Positions 56,900 through 64,000 of a stretch of 64,000 bases of DNA are shown here, one piece after another (position 1 is the first letter of the stretch; each line of letters opens with the position of its first letter). Source of the stretch: a virus (Duplodnaviria; Caudoviricetes); the IMG/VR virus record IMGVR_UViG_3300032218_004357, positions 1 to 64,000 of that record, one strand, 5' to 3'. Under the pieces are notes generated by a model, which worked only from the letters and a program-made list of their open reading frames with translations, was not told the origin of the DNA and searched no databases. The position numbers were made by a program, and so were the translations under genes.

Positions 56900-57190
56900 G
56901 GCTTCTGGGGGGTCTGTGAGGCCCGGGCAGGTGCCGGTGGCTCCGCAGGGTGTGGTGAGCGGGGCGTCCGTCAGGTAGGCGTGTAGGGCGTCTGCGGGGC
57001 TGGCGAGGGGTGCTGCTGCGGGTGGCGGGGCTGGGATGCCGTCCTCGAGCCGGGCTTGGAGGCGGAGGGCGTTCGCTGCCCATGCGTTGAGGGAGAGTCC
57101 GGCGTTCTGGGCTGCGGTCTGAAGTTGTTCCTTCAGGTGGGCGGGAACTCGCAGGTAGACGACGGTTTCTCGGTCAGGGTTGGGCGGCAT
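56852..57190 (-). CDS. Ribbon-helix-helix (Arc/HicB-like) protein with C-terminal Cys
   Basis: VVYLRVPAHLKEQLQTAAQNAGLSLNAW; terminal CHEC. Confidence 0.75.
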   Translation of the reverse strand: MPPNPDRETVVYLRVPAHLKEQLQTAAQNAGLSLNAWAANALRLQARLEDGIPAPPPAAAPLASPADALHAYLTDAPLTTPCGATGTCPGLTDPPEALHGLLWCHECGIRLG

Positions 57191-57362
57191 CTCGGGTGGC
57201 GAGCAGCGTGATGTAGTCGGCGATGCTCATGTCGTAGCCGTCGGCCATGTCGATCAAGAGGTTCTTGGTTTCGGCGGGGACTCGGATGGTGATGGTCGTG
57301 TTCGTGCCGGTTTCGGCGCGGCGGGGCGGTCGGCCGGTGCGGCGGGCGATGTTGGTGAGCAT
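57174..57362 (-). CDS. Ribbon-helix-helix protein
   Basis: RRTGRPP followed by TITIRVPAETKNLL...MSIADYI. Confidence 0.75.
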   Translation of the reverse strand: MLTNIARRTGRPPRRAETGTNTTITIRVPAETKNLLIDMADGYDMSIADYITLLATRDAAQP

Positions 57363-57383
57363 GCGTGGATCGTACCCGAAAAC

Positions 57384-57412
57384 TTGACTTGCTGTAAACC
57401 GATGTGTACGAT
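57384..57412 (+). promoter_or_regulatory. Housekeeping-sigma promoter TTGACT-17 bp-TACGAT
   Basis: Consensus-like hexamers with 17-bp spacing; ATG at 57422. Confidence 0.65.
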
Positions 57413-57421
57413 GCGCCCACT

Positions 57422-57601
57422 ATGTGGGACTACTACCAAGCCCTCATCGACCACGAAGCCCGCCTCGAAGAATACGGGCGGCCACTCACCAACACCGAGG
57501 CCCTCGAACTATTCGAGGCGACCCGTGGCGTATTCGAACCAGACGACCCGCCCGTCTACTGGGAAGCCGCCGACCCCGAGGAGGAACACCCCCATGACTG
57601 A
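57422..57601 (+). CDS. Small acidic hypothetical protein
   Basis: Follows the promoter; overlaps the second WhiB start. Confidence 0.55.
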   Translation: MWDYYQALIDHEARLEEYGRPLTNTEALELFEATRGVFEPDDPPVYWEAADPEEEHPHD

Positions 57602-57845
57602 AGCATGGCGCAACGACGCCGCCTGCCGCGGCCGAGACTCAAACGTCTGGTACCCCGACAACCGCATCGGCCTCCGAGATGCCATGCGCATCTGCGCCGT
57701 CTGCACCGTCAAAGACGAATGCCTCGAGTTCGCCCTCGAAGCCGAAGAAATCCACGGTGTCTGGGGCGGCAAAACCGAAACCGAACGCCGTCTCCTGCTC
57801 CGTCGACGTCGGAAGGATGCCCGGCGGCTTACCGTCGCGTCCTGA
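57594..57845 (+). CDS. whiB: WhiB-family transcription factor (second copy)
   Basis: WRNDAACRG...ICAVCTVKDECLEFAL...GVWGG; SD GAGGAGG. Confidence 0.92.
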   Translation: MTEAWRNDAACRGRDSNVWYPDNRIGLRDAMRICAVCTVKDECLEFALEAEEIHGVWGGKTETERRLLLRRRRKDARRLTVAS

Positions 57846-58160
57846 TCACGGCTTCCGGTACGACAGTTTGTACCCACAACGGTGGCAGAAATGCCCCCAT
57901 TGATTGAATCGGATCTCGCTCTGGGGGTGCGTGCAGTCGAGGATCTCCGCCGCCCGCGCATCACAGAGTTGCCGGACGTACTCGGCGAGACTGATCCCGA
58001 GACGTTCCGCCGTGTCCTTCCACCGTTGGTGACTTGACCGGGGAGCCCGGATCAACACCTGCTGGAGCGGATCTTCGTCCGTTGCGCCCGTCGAACGCCG
58101 CACCGTCGGTTTGATCGAATCGGCGACTTGCTGCATGGCGGCCTCGAGGTTGTCACTCAC
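57846..58160 (-). CDS. RHH-like protein with C-terminal Cys/His motif
   Basis: QVLIRAP...WKDTAERLGISLAEYVR; CTH...CHRC. Confidence 0.65.
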   Translation of the reverse strand: MSDNLEAAMQQVADSIKPTVRRSTGATDEDPLQQVLIRAPRSSHQRWKDTAERLGISLAEYVRQLCDARAAEILDCTHPQSEIRFNQWGHFCHRCGYKLSYRKP

Positions 58161-58798
58161 TCGACGATCTCCGCATCCCGAATGACCTCAATCCCCTGCT
58201 CGTCTTCCGGAATGTCCCGCACCGCACCCTCGATCTCGGGGACGTCCCGGCCCAACATGCCCATCACCGTATCCCGTGGGAGCACCCCGGACTGGCCCAT
58301 CAGTTCCAAGAGTTGACGGGCTTCGGTCTCCGGATCGAACGCATCCGCCGCAGCGGCACCATCTGCACCAGCGAGCACGGCCCGTTGAGGGGCCTGCTCT
58401 CCGCTGTCGACAGCGACGTTGATGTTCACGGCTTCCATGCCGAGGAGTTTCGAACGCCGATCCATGATCGACAAGACCTGCTGAATTGCTCGGAGATCCG
58501 GTTCGATGACGAGTTCGCTGCCGTCCGGGGCTGTGACCTTCCGGTGCTGGGTGAGGGGCCAGATCGCCTGCTGGAGCGCGTCGAGGCGCTCCAGTTCGAG
58601 CCGGAGCACCTCCGGGTAGGCGAGGAGGGCTTCTCGGTTCAGGGACTGGAGTTGCCGGGTGACCGCGGCGTGGACGGCTCGCGTCGAGATACCGAACCGT
58701 TTGGCGATCTCCCCGGTCGGTACGCCGGTCTTGCGCATCTGGAAGATGCGGGCATCCCGCTCGGCGAGGAACTCTCTCGTGAGACCGTCGCTACTCAT
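58157..58798 (-). CDS. HTH protein, probable terminase small subunit
   Basis: N-terminal HTH then ELERLDAL...W...AIQQVLSIMDRRSKLLG, a pattern typical of putative TerS proteins. Confidence 0.6.
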   Translation of the reverse strand: MSSDGLTREFLAERDARIFQMRKTGVPTGEIAKRFGISTRAVHAAVTRQLQSLNREALLAYPEVLRLELERLDALQQAIWPLTQHRKVTAPDGSELVIEPDLRAIQQVLSIMDRRSKLLGMEAVNINVAVDSGEQAPQRAVLAGADGAAAADAFDPETEARQLLELMGQSGVLPRDTVMGMLGRDVPEIEGAVRDIPEDEQGIEVIRDAEIVE

Positions 58799-60527
58799 TG
58801 GACCCTTGCTTCGAGAACTCGATCACTTCGAACGGAAACAGCGTACTCCGTTTCATTCGAACCGGCCATTGGCGGAGGTCTCGAGGCCCACGCCACTGCT
58901 TCACCTCGTACACCGGGTCACCGACCGCCGTCGGATCTGGTGCCAGCGCGTACCCGAACTCCGGCCACCGCATCCACACCGCCGAACCCATCGGCCGCAA
59001 GTCCCGGGCCGACAGCGAATTACCGAGCGGAGCGTGATGCTCGAGCCACAACGCACACCCGTAGGTGGTACGGATCTCGTCGAGGATCAACGCCACCTCG
59101 ATCGCCGTTGCTTCAGCCGTCCGGTTCCCCGGATCAATGAACGCCTTGTAGAGGGGACCAAGCACCAACAGTTCCGGTTGAATCTTTTCGATCTGTTCCT
59201 CGAGGAGGAGCCGGTCCGTCGGCTTCAGCAAGTTGATACCGTCCGGCTTCACCCACAAGTGCGCTTCAGGATCCGCCGTCGACTCGTACGCACGATGCAA
59301 CGCACCGAGGATCTTCCGTGACGTGCGCCGGATGATCCGTTCCGGGTTCTCGAGATCCACGAACAGGGTCTTCACCGGACGCATCCGCCCGAGCGTGAAC
59401 GGATGGACGCCAGCCCCGGACAGGATCGCAACCTGCCGAGCGAGCATCGTCTTGCCGACTCCCTCCGCCGCGACGATCATCACCCGCTCCTGCCGCTCGA
59501 GCATCCCGGGGATCAACCAGTCATACCCGTCGTCCTCGGTTTCGTTGATGAGCGTCGTCCACCGCACCAACCGGCCCGGGTTCTTGACGACCGACGGGTC
59601 TCCGGCAGCAGCGAGCAACCCTCGAGCACGAGCGATTTTCGCGTCGACATCCAAATCCCGAGTTGCGAGTTCCTCGAGAGCGACCAGAACTTGACGAAAC
59701 TCGTCAACTTCTTGCACGGTCTCCTCGAGCGGCACCTCGACCGACGCATCCAAATCAACGAGATCGCTGACCGTTCCCCCCACTCCGAGGAGATCAGCAA
59801 TGTCTTTGTGCGGAGCCGGAGGAACTTTTACCCGATGTTCGATACCGATGGCCGTCAAACTTGCAGCGACCGCACGGGCGTGCCGCCATCCGGGTTCGTC
59901 GTTGTCGCCGACGACCACCACTCGAGCGCCACGCAACCATTCCGAGTATTGCGGCAACCACTTCGACTGGTTTGGGCCGCCCGCCCCGCCCGGGTTCGTC
60001 GTCGCGACATACCCGGCGCGCTCGAGCGCATGGACGTCTTTCTCGCCCTCGCAGACCACGACGACACCACCGGCAGCCGCTGTCGCGAGAATGTCCGGCA
60101 AACGGTAGAGCGGCTTCTCGAGGCCAGAAGTTTTCCAGTCCCAACCACCGCGACCATCCGGTTGCCGTTGCCGGAACGTCTTCTTTCCGTCGGCATCTCG
60201 ATACCGGAGCACTTGGAATACGAGTCCACCGTCGGCATCGAGATACTCGTAGGTGTCCTCGAGGCGTCCGGGACCCACGACCCGGGGCTCCTCGGGCGGC
60301 GGGAACAGGTCGTTGATCGTCAACCCGAGCGCATCACAGATTTGGCCCGTGTCGCACCCATCACCACGATGGCAATGAATCAACGCACGACCGTCTGCTC
60401 CTTCACCAACCGACACCGACGGGTTGTTGTCGTCGGCACGACACGGACACGCCGCATCCCATTGGTTGCCGGTGCGACGAACCTTGTGGAGTCGTTTGAG
60501 GACGTTCTCAACCTGCGGGGACGACAT
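58791..60527 (-). CDS. Primase-helicase (Zn-binding, TOPRIM, RecA-type helicase)
   Basis: CPC...HC...C, VCEGEKDV, GDND and Walker A AAEGVGKT; start taken at MSSPQ. Confidence 0.9.
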   Translation of the reverse strand: MSSPQVENVLKRLHKVRRTGNQWDAACPCRADDNNPSVSVGEGADGRALIHCHRGDGCDTGQICDALGLTINDLFPPPEEPRVVGPGRLEDTYEYLDADGGLVFQVLRYRDADGKKTFRQRQPDGRGGWDWKTSGLEKPLYRLPDILATAAAGGVVVVCEGEKDVHALERAGYVATTNPGGAGGPNQSKWLPQYSEWLRGARVVVVGDNDEPGWRHARAVAASLTAIGIEHRVKVPPAPHKDIADLLGVGGTVSDLVDLDASVEVPLEETVQEVDEFRQVLVALEELATRDLDVDAKIARARGLLAAAGDPSVVKNPGRLVRWTTLINETEDDGYDWLIPGMLERQERVMIVAAEGVGKTMLARQVAILSGAGVHPFTLGRMRPVKTLFVDLENPERIIRRTSRKILGALHRAYESTADPEAHLWVKPDGINLLKPTDRLLLEEQIEKIQPELLVLGPLYKAFIDPGNRTAEATAIEVALILDEIRTTYGCALWLEHHAPLGNSLSARDLRPMGSAVWMRWPEFGYALAPDPTAVGDPVYEVKQWRGPRDLRQWPVRMKRSTLFPFEVIEFSKQGSNE

Positions 60528-60987
60528 CCGGTTCCTCTGTCGGTTGCACCGGAAGTCCGAGGGTTTCGAGTTCGAACTCCTCGATGACCCGTCGCCACGC
60601 ACGAGTGAACGCTTCGTGGTCGTCTCTCGAGGTGCCGTGAATCCCGGATTCAGCGAGGGCACGAGCGACGAGCGGGGCTACGTCGGTCCACGTGCCCTGC
60701 TGCACCGCCATGATCCGGTCCTTCGCTTGCACCCACGCCATCTCGACGGTGAGGACATCGCTGAGGAACTCAGCGAGCACCATCCGACGGACCGTCCCCA
60801 CCCGAGGAGCGAACGGTTTGTCGGCGAGAATCAACGCGTCGATGGCTGCCTGCACTTCCGTGTAGTTCAAATCGTTCAGGTACCGCCACCACATCTTGTA
60901 GAACGCCTTGCGACGATCACCACCGAGACTCAAGTTCCAGTTGGCGATGACGCAGTCCGCCACCGAGACGAGTTCTTCTCTGGTCAC
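60508..60987 (-). CDS. Possible helicase loader/inhibitor (SPP1 G39P-like)
   Basis: WWRYLNDLNYTEVQAAI...FAPRVG; lies between the rep-like gene and primase-helicase. Confidence 0.55.
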   Translation of the reverse strand: MTREELVSVADCVIANWNLSLGGDRRKAFYKMWWRYLNDLNYTEVQAAIDALILADKPFAPRVGTVRRMVLAEFLSDVLTVEMAWVQAKDRIMAVQQGTWTDVAPLVARALAESGIHGTSRDDHEAFTRAWRRVIEEFELETLGLPVQPTEEPDVVPAG

Positions 60988-61355
60988 CAGTCCACCTCCA
61001 CCGTCGGAGCATCGAAGTCTGTACGCAGCGTCGCCTCGAGCGCCATCCCCGCAAACCGTTCGATGTGCTGCGCGTCGCGAAAGATCAACTCGAGGTCGTT
61101 GTATTTCTTGTTCCGAGAGTTCTGCCCCATGTGAAAGTCCGAGAGAGCACACCCGTTGATCGCGGCGATGCACGTCTCAAACGAGTAGTCCCGAAGGGTT
61201 CGCTCGAGGAGCCGTCGGCGACGATCGGTCAGCACGGTCTGCGGGGCCCCTCGCACCGTCCGGTGAACCTGCACCCAGTAGTTGAATACATCGAGAACTC
61301 GATCCACGCGCGGGGGTAGTTCTTCGTCGGAGAAGAGAGAACCAGTTGCTTCCAC
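60984..61355 (-). CDS. Replication-initiator-C-terminal-like protein
   Basis: VFNYW...LTDRRRR...AINGC...FHMGQN...YNDLELIFR; SD AAGGAG. Confidence 0.55.
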   Translation of the reverse strand: MEATGSLFSDEELPPRVDRVLDVFNYWVQVHRTVRGAPQTVLTDRRRRLLERTLRDYSFETCIAAINGCALSDFHMGQNSRNKKYNDLELIFRDAQHIERFAGMALEATLRTDFDAPTVEVDW

Positions 61356-61660
61356 TATTACGACTCCTTACGGAATGCAGTTGGAACTAACAACATCCAC
61401 ATACTTCTATTCACCAACGTAAAAGAGAACTTGGTAAACAGAACTACGTGGAGGTTGTTCTCTACATTTACCCTCCCCCCTCATACCCCCCCTCCCGGAC
61501 GATCTGGGCCTCGAGCCGGAATGGGCGCGAGGAACCAGAGCCCCGGGTTGGGGACACGCGAGAGGTCAGGTCGGTTCGCTGGTATACAAGCCCGGAGGGC
61601 TTTAGGCCTACAGCGTCTTGCGGTGGAGCACTGTAGCCGCTTTCGCTTCGCCGATCAACA

Positions 61661-61707
61661 ACAAGATGTTGTGGTTCGAGATCGCGTTGACACAAGATGT
61701 TGTGGTT
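61661..61707 (+). repeat. Two 16-bp direct repeats ACAAGATGTTGTGGTT (61661-61676, 61692-61707)
   Basis: Exact match read directly; 31-bp period. Confidence 0.9.
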
Positions 61708-61708
61708 G

Positions 61709-61737
61709 TTGACCACATCGCTTCAGCGACGTACCGT
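61709..61737 (+). promoter_or_regulatory. Promoter TTGACC-17 bp-TACCGT, 7 nt before ATG 61745 (leaderless)
   Basis: Hexamers, spacing and lack of SD. Confidence 0.65.
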
Positions 61738-61744
61738 GTCGACC

Positions 61745-62227
61745 ATGCAGACCCGCCCTGAAGTCACCACTTGGAACGCCGCCGCCTGCGAAGCCGTACG
61801 CGAGATGGTTCAGCGAGACAGCCCCGCACAAGAACTCACGGCCCTTCGAACTTTCTACGATGAGATGTCCCGCCGTATTCAAGAACCGGACATCGACGAC
61901 GCCATCCTCGCTGCGATGTGGGGAGAGTTCGGAGCACGATGCCGAGCGAGCGCCGCCACCCTCGCCGGGCAGGGACTGCTCTGGACCACCGTCATCGACA
62001 CCGTTATCTCAAAGCAGCGAGACTACGGCAAGGAGAACATCCTTCGGTTCGGGCAGTTCGGCCTCGTCGTACGAACCCACGACAAGTTGGCCCGGCTGGA
62101 GCACCTCAAAGGAAGCGCCGCCACACCGAACCACGAATCGTTGCTCGACACCGTGCTCGACCTCGTCGGCTACTCGGTGATCGGGCTGATGCTCGTCCGT
62201 GGTTGGTTCGATTACCCGCTGGTGTAG
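61745..62227 (+). CDS. DUF1599 / nucleotide-modification-associated domain 1-like protein
   Basis: KQRDYG..NI...GLVVRTHDKLARL...ESLLDTVLDLVGY. Confidence 0.75.
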   Translation: MQTRPEVTTWNAAACEAVREMVQRDSPAQELTALRTFYDEMSRRIQEPDIDDAILAAMWGEFGARCRASAATLAGQGLLWTTVIDTVISKQRDYGKENILRFGQFGLVVRTHDKLARLEHLKGSAATPNHESLLDTVLDLVGYSVIGLMLVRGWFDYPLV

Positions 62228-62751
62228 CCGGACCAGCCGAGTAGCGCCGCCTGCCGAACGGCGAGCGCTGCCGTTGCCTGCGCATCCGGGAGCGCTCGAT
62301 GGGCGTTGGTGAGGGGGATGCCCCACGCTGCGCACGCATCGCCGAGCCGATGCCGACCCGGAGTCCGCCGGGAAGCCCGGTCTTGATCAAGCGTGTCGAT
62401 CACTCCAGCGATCTCCAGCCGGATACCGATGCGTTCGAGGGCCGTTCGCAGGAACGGTACGTCAAAGCCGTTGGCGTTGTGACCGACGACGACCTGTCCT
62501 CGTAACCGTTGGGCGACTACTTGGCCGATGCTCTTCCACGAAGGAGCGAGAGCGGCTTCGATCGCGGTGATGCCGTGGATCTTTGAGAGGGGATCCATCA
62601 GCAGCCCGCGTTCGTCGATGCGGATCGACCGGACCTTGCTCGTCCACTCGGACACGACGACACCGCCCTCGTTGATTTCTACGAGAGCGATGTCGACGAT
62701 GTGGTTGGTTGCTGGATCGAAGCCGGTGGTTTCGATGTCGATGACGATCAT
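62212..62751 (-). CDS. DnaQ-like DEDDh 3'-5' exonuclease
   Basis: IDIETTG, GHNANGFD and HRALPDA. Confidence 0.9.
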   Translation of the reverse strand: MIVIDIETTGFDPATNHIVDIALVEINEGGVVVSEWTSKVRSIRIDERGLLMDPLSKIHGITAIEAALAPSWKSIGQVVAQRLRGQVVVGHNANGFDVPFLRTALERIGIRLEIAGVIDTLDQDRASRRTPGRHRLGDACAAWGIPLTNAHRALPDAQATAALAVRQAALLGWSGYTSG

Positions 62752-63095
62752 CGGTCTGCCGGTTCTCGGATCTCGTAGCCGTTCTTCGTGAGGATCGCGA
62801 CGATGGCGTCGAGCGTGTCGGCGTCCCACATCACGCCGTCGAGAATGGCGTGGATCTGATCCAGCGCCTTCGAGTGATCGACGGCGAGGCCGATCAAGTG
62901 TGCTCCGGCGTCCCACTCGGTCTCGTCGGCGCGACCGACCCAGACCTCGTTGGTGACGTCCCAGACGTCCTGACCGTCGTAGCCGACGGACACGTCGGCG
63001 TCGATGTACGGGGTGCCGGTGCTGAGGATCGTGTTGTCGTCGTCGAGGACCATCTCGACGACCACCGGGTAGTGGATCTGGATCGTGCGGCTCAC
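62748..63095 (-). CDS. Hypothetical protein
   Basis: GTG start after GGAG; overlap-coupled. Confidence 0.65.
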   Translation of the reverse strand: MSRTIQIHYPVVVEMVLDDDNTILSTGTPYIDADVSVGYDGQDVWDVTNEVWVGRADETEWDAGAHLIGLAVDHSKALDQIHAILDGVMWDADTLDAIVAILTKNGYEIREPADR

Positions 63096-63721
63096 TTGGT
63101 CTCCTGTTCGGGGGTCTTGGGGTTGTCGAGGACGTGGACTTCGACGCAGCGGAGCGGTCGCTCGTTGTCGTCGAAGTCGCCACGCATCTGGTCCGACACC
63201 AGCCGAGCGACGCTCCGCTTGGTGAGGATTTCGGCGGCGTCGCCGCTGAGCGCGATCTTGATGATCCACTCGGTGCGCGGGGGGAGGATCAACTCGTTCA
63301 GCATCTCGAACGCCTCGTTGATCGCGTCGTCCAAGTCGTGGAACACGGAACCGAAGTCCTCGGAGTCGTCGGAGTCGAACACCTCGAACCACGCGTTGTT
63401 GTCCCAGACGAGACGATCCTCGGCGTCGAGCAACTTCTCGTCGTCGGTGATGCCCGCAGCGATGAGGCCGTCGGAGTCCCAGACGATGATGGGCTCGTCG
63501 CCGTCTTCACGCGACGGTTCGTCGCTGGGCCAGACGGCGAGGCGCATCTCGCCGACGCAGCGCACGGCGAGGGTGCGTCCAGCGTCGTTGGTGAGGATGG
63601 CGACCGGGTTGACGTATCCGACGTAGAACGCGGCGTCCTGTCGAGTGACTCGGTCGTTGTCGGTGGTCAGGGTGATCCTGACGTTGTTGGGGTTGTTCTG
63701 TTCGGGGTGGATGGTTTCCAC
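63092..63721 (-). CDS. Acidic hypothetical protein
   Basis: SD AAGGAG; overlap-coupled. Confidence 0.7.
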   Translation of the reverse strand: METIHPEQNNPNNVRITLTTDNDRVTRQDAAFYVGYVNPVAILTNDAGRTLAVRCVGEMRLAVWPSDEPSREDGDEPIIVWDSDGLIAAGITDDEKLLDAEDRLVWDNNAWFEVFDSDDSEDFGSVFHDLDDAINEAFEMLNELILPPRTEWIIKIALSGDAAEILTKRSVARLVSDQMRGDFDDNERPLRCVEVHVLDNPKTPEQETK

Positions 63722-63755
63722 GGTGTCTCCTTAGTAGCGGGGGTTGATACTAGGT

Positions 63756-63764
63756 AGTGTAGCA
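63756..63764 (-). promoter_or_regulatory. Putative extended -10 promoter TGCTACACT
   Basis: TGnTAnnnT upstream of the 63721 start. Confidence 0.45.
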
Positions 63765-63798
63765 GGGGGGTCGGACATAGTCCTCCCCCCCCCGCTGC

Positions 63799-64000
63799 TC
63801 ACTTGCCGGAGCGGATGTTGCCGTTGTCGTCGAACGTGTCGTTGTACGCGTTCTGGATCATCTCGCCACCTTCGCTGGCGAGGCATTCGCGAATGCCCTT
63901 GCGCCACTCCCAACTGTTGAGCATCGCTTCGACGTCAGCGTCGGTGACGTCACGTTCGACCTCATCGGCGGCGAACGCGTCGGTGATGTATTCGCGCACG
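63799..64000 (-). CDS. Hypothetical protein, probably starting beyond the right end
   Basis: Coding-like open frame to the window edge. Confidence 0.55.
   Translation of the reverse strand, partial: VREYITDAFAADEVERDVTDADVEAMLNSWEWRKGIRECLASEGGEMIQNAYNDTFDDNGNIRSGK

Overview
The whole window is part of a large, GC-rich tailed dsDNA phage genome with a contractile tail (sheath, tube, gp25-like, baseplate J-like). The host is probably an actinobacterium, inferred from two WhiB genes, an actinophage-type holin and leaderless promoters. Layout: (1) 1-10.8 kb, minus strand: head-assembly operon with a portal-MuF fusion, a 1022-aa HK97-type prohead protease with a long R/G-rich tail, and several large unexplained proteins. 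No major capsid gene was recognised in the window. (2) 10.9-22 kb, plus strand: large terminase, Rad52-like annealase, PD-(D/E)XK exonuclease, glycosyltransferase, HNH, RuvC, dCMP deaminase and a ParB / PAPS-reductase-like / ParB cluster. (3) 22.5-51.7 kb, plus strand: neck, tail, tape measure, baseplate, fibres, endolysin and holin. (4) 51.8-64 kb: small regulators (LuxR-type HTH, 2 WhiB, sigma-like, 3 RHH), metallophosphoesterase, TerS-like protein, primase-helicase and DnaQ-like exonuclease. The best leads are a possible protease-processed head cargo system (shared N-termini, recurring Lys junctions, shared Cys motif, duplicated basic peptides), the ParB-PAPS reductase-ParB module, apparent avoidance of AGCT and CCWGG, a shared C-terminal repeat module on three different virion proteins, and a sharp strand-skew flip near 56.06 kb. 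No tRNA, rRNA, CRISPR array or integrase was recognised. All family calls come from motif recognition by eye; no database search was run.
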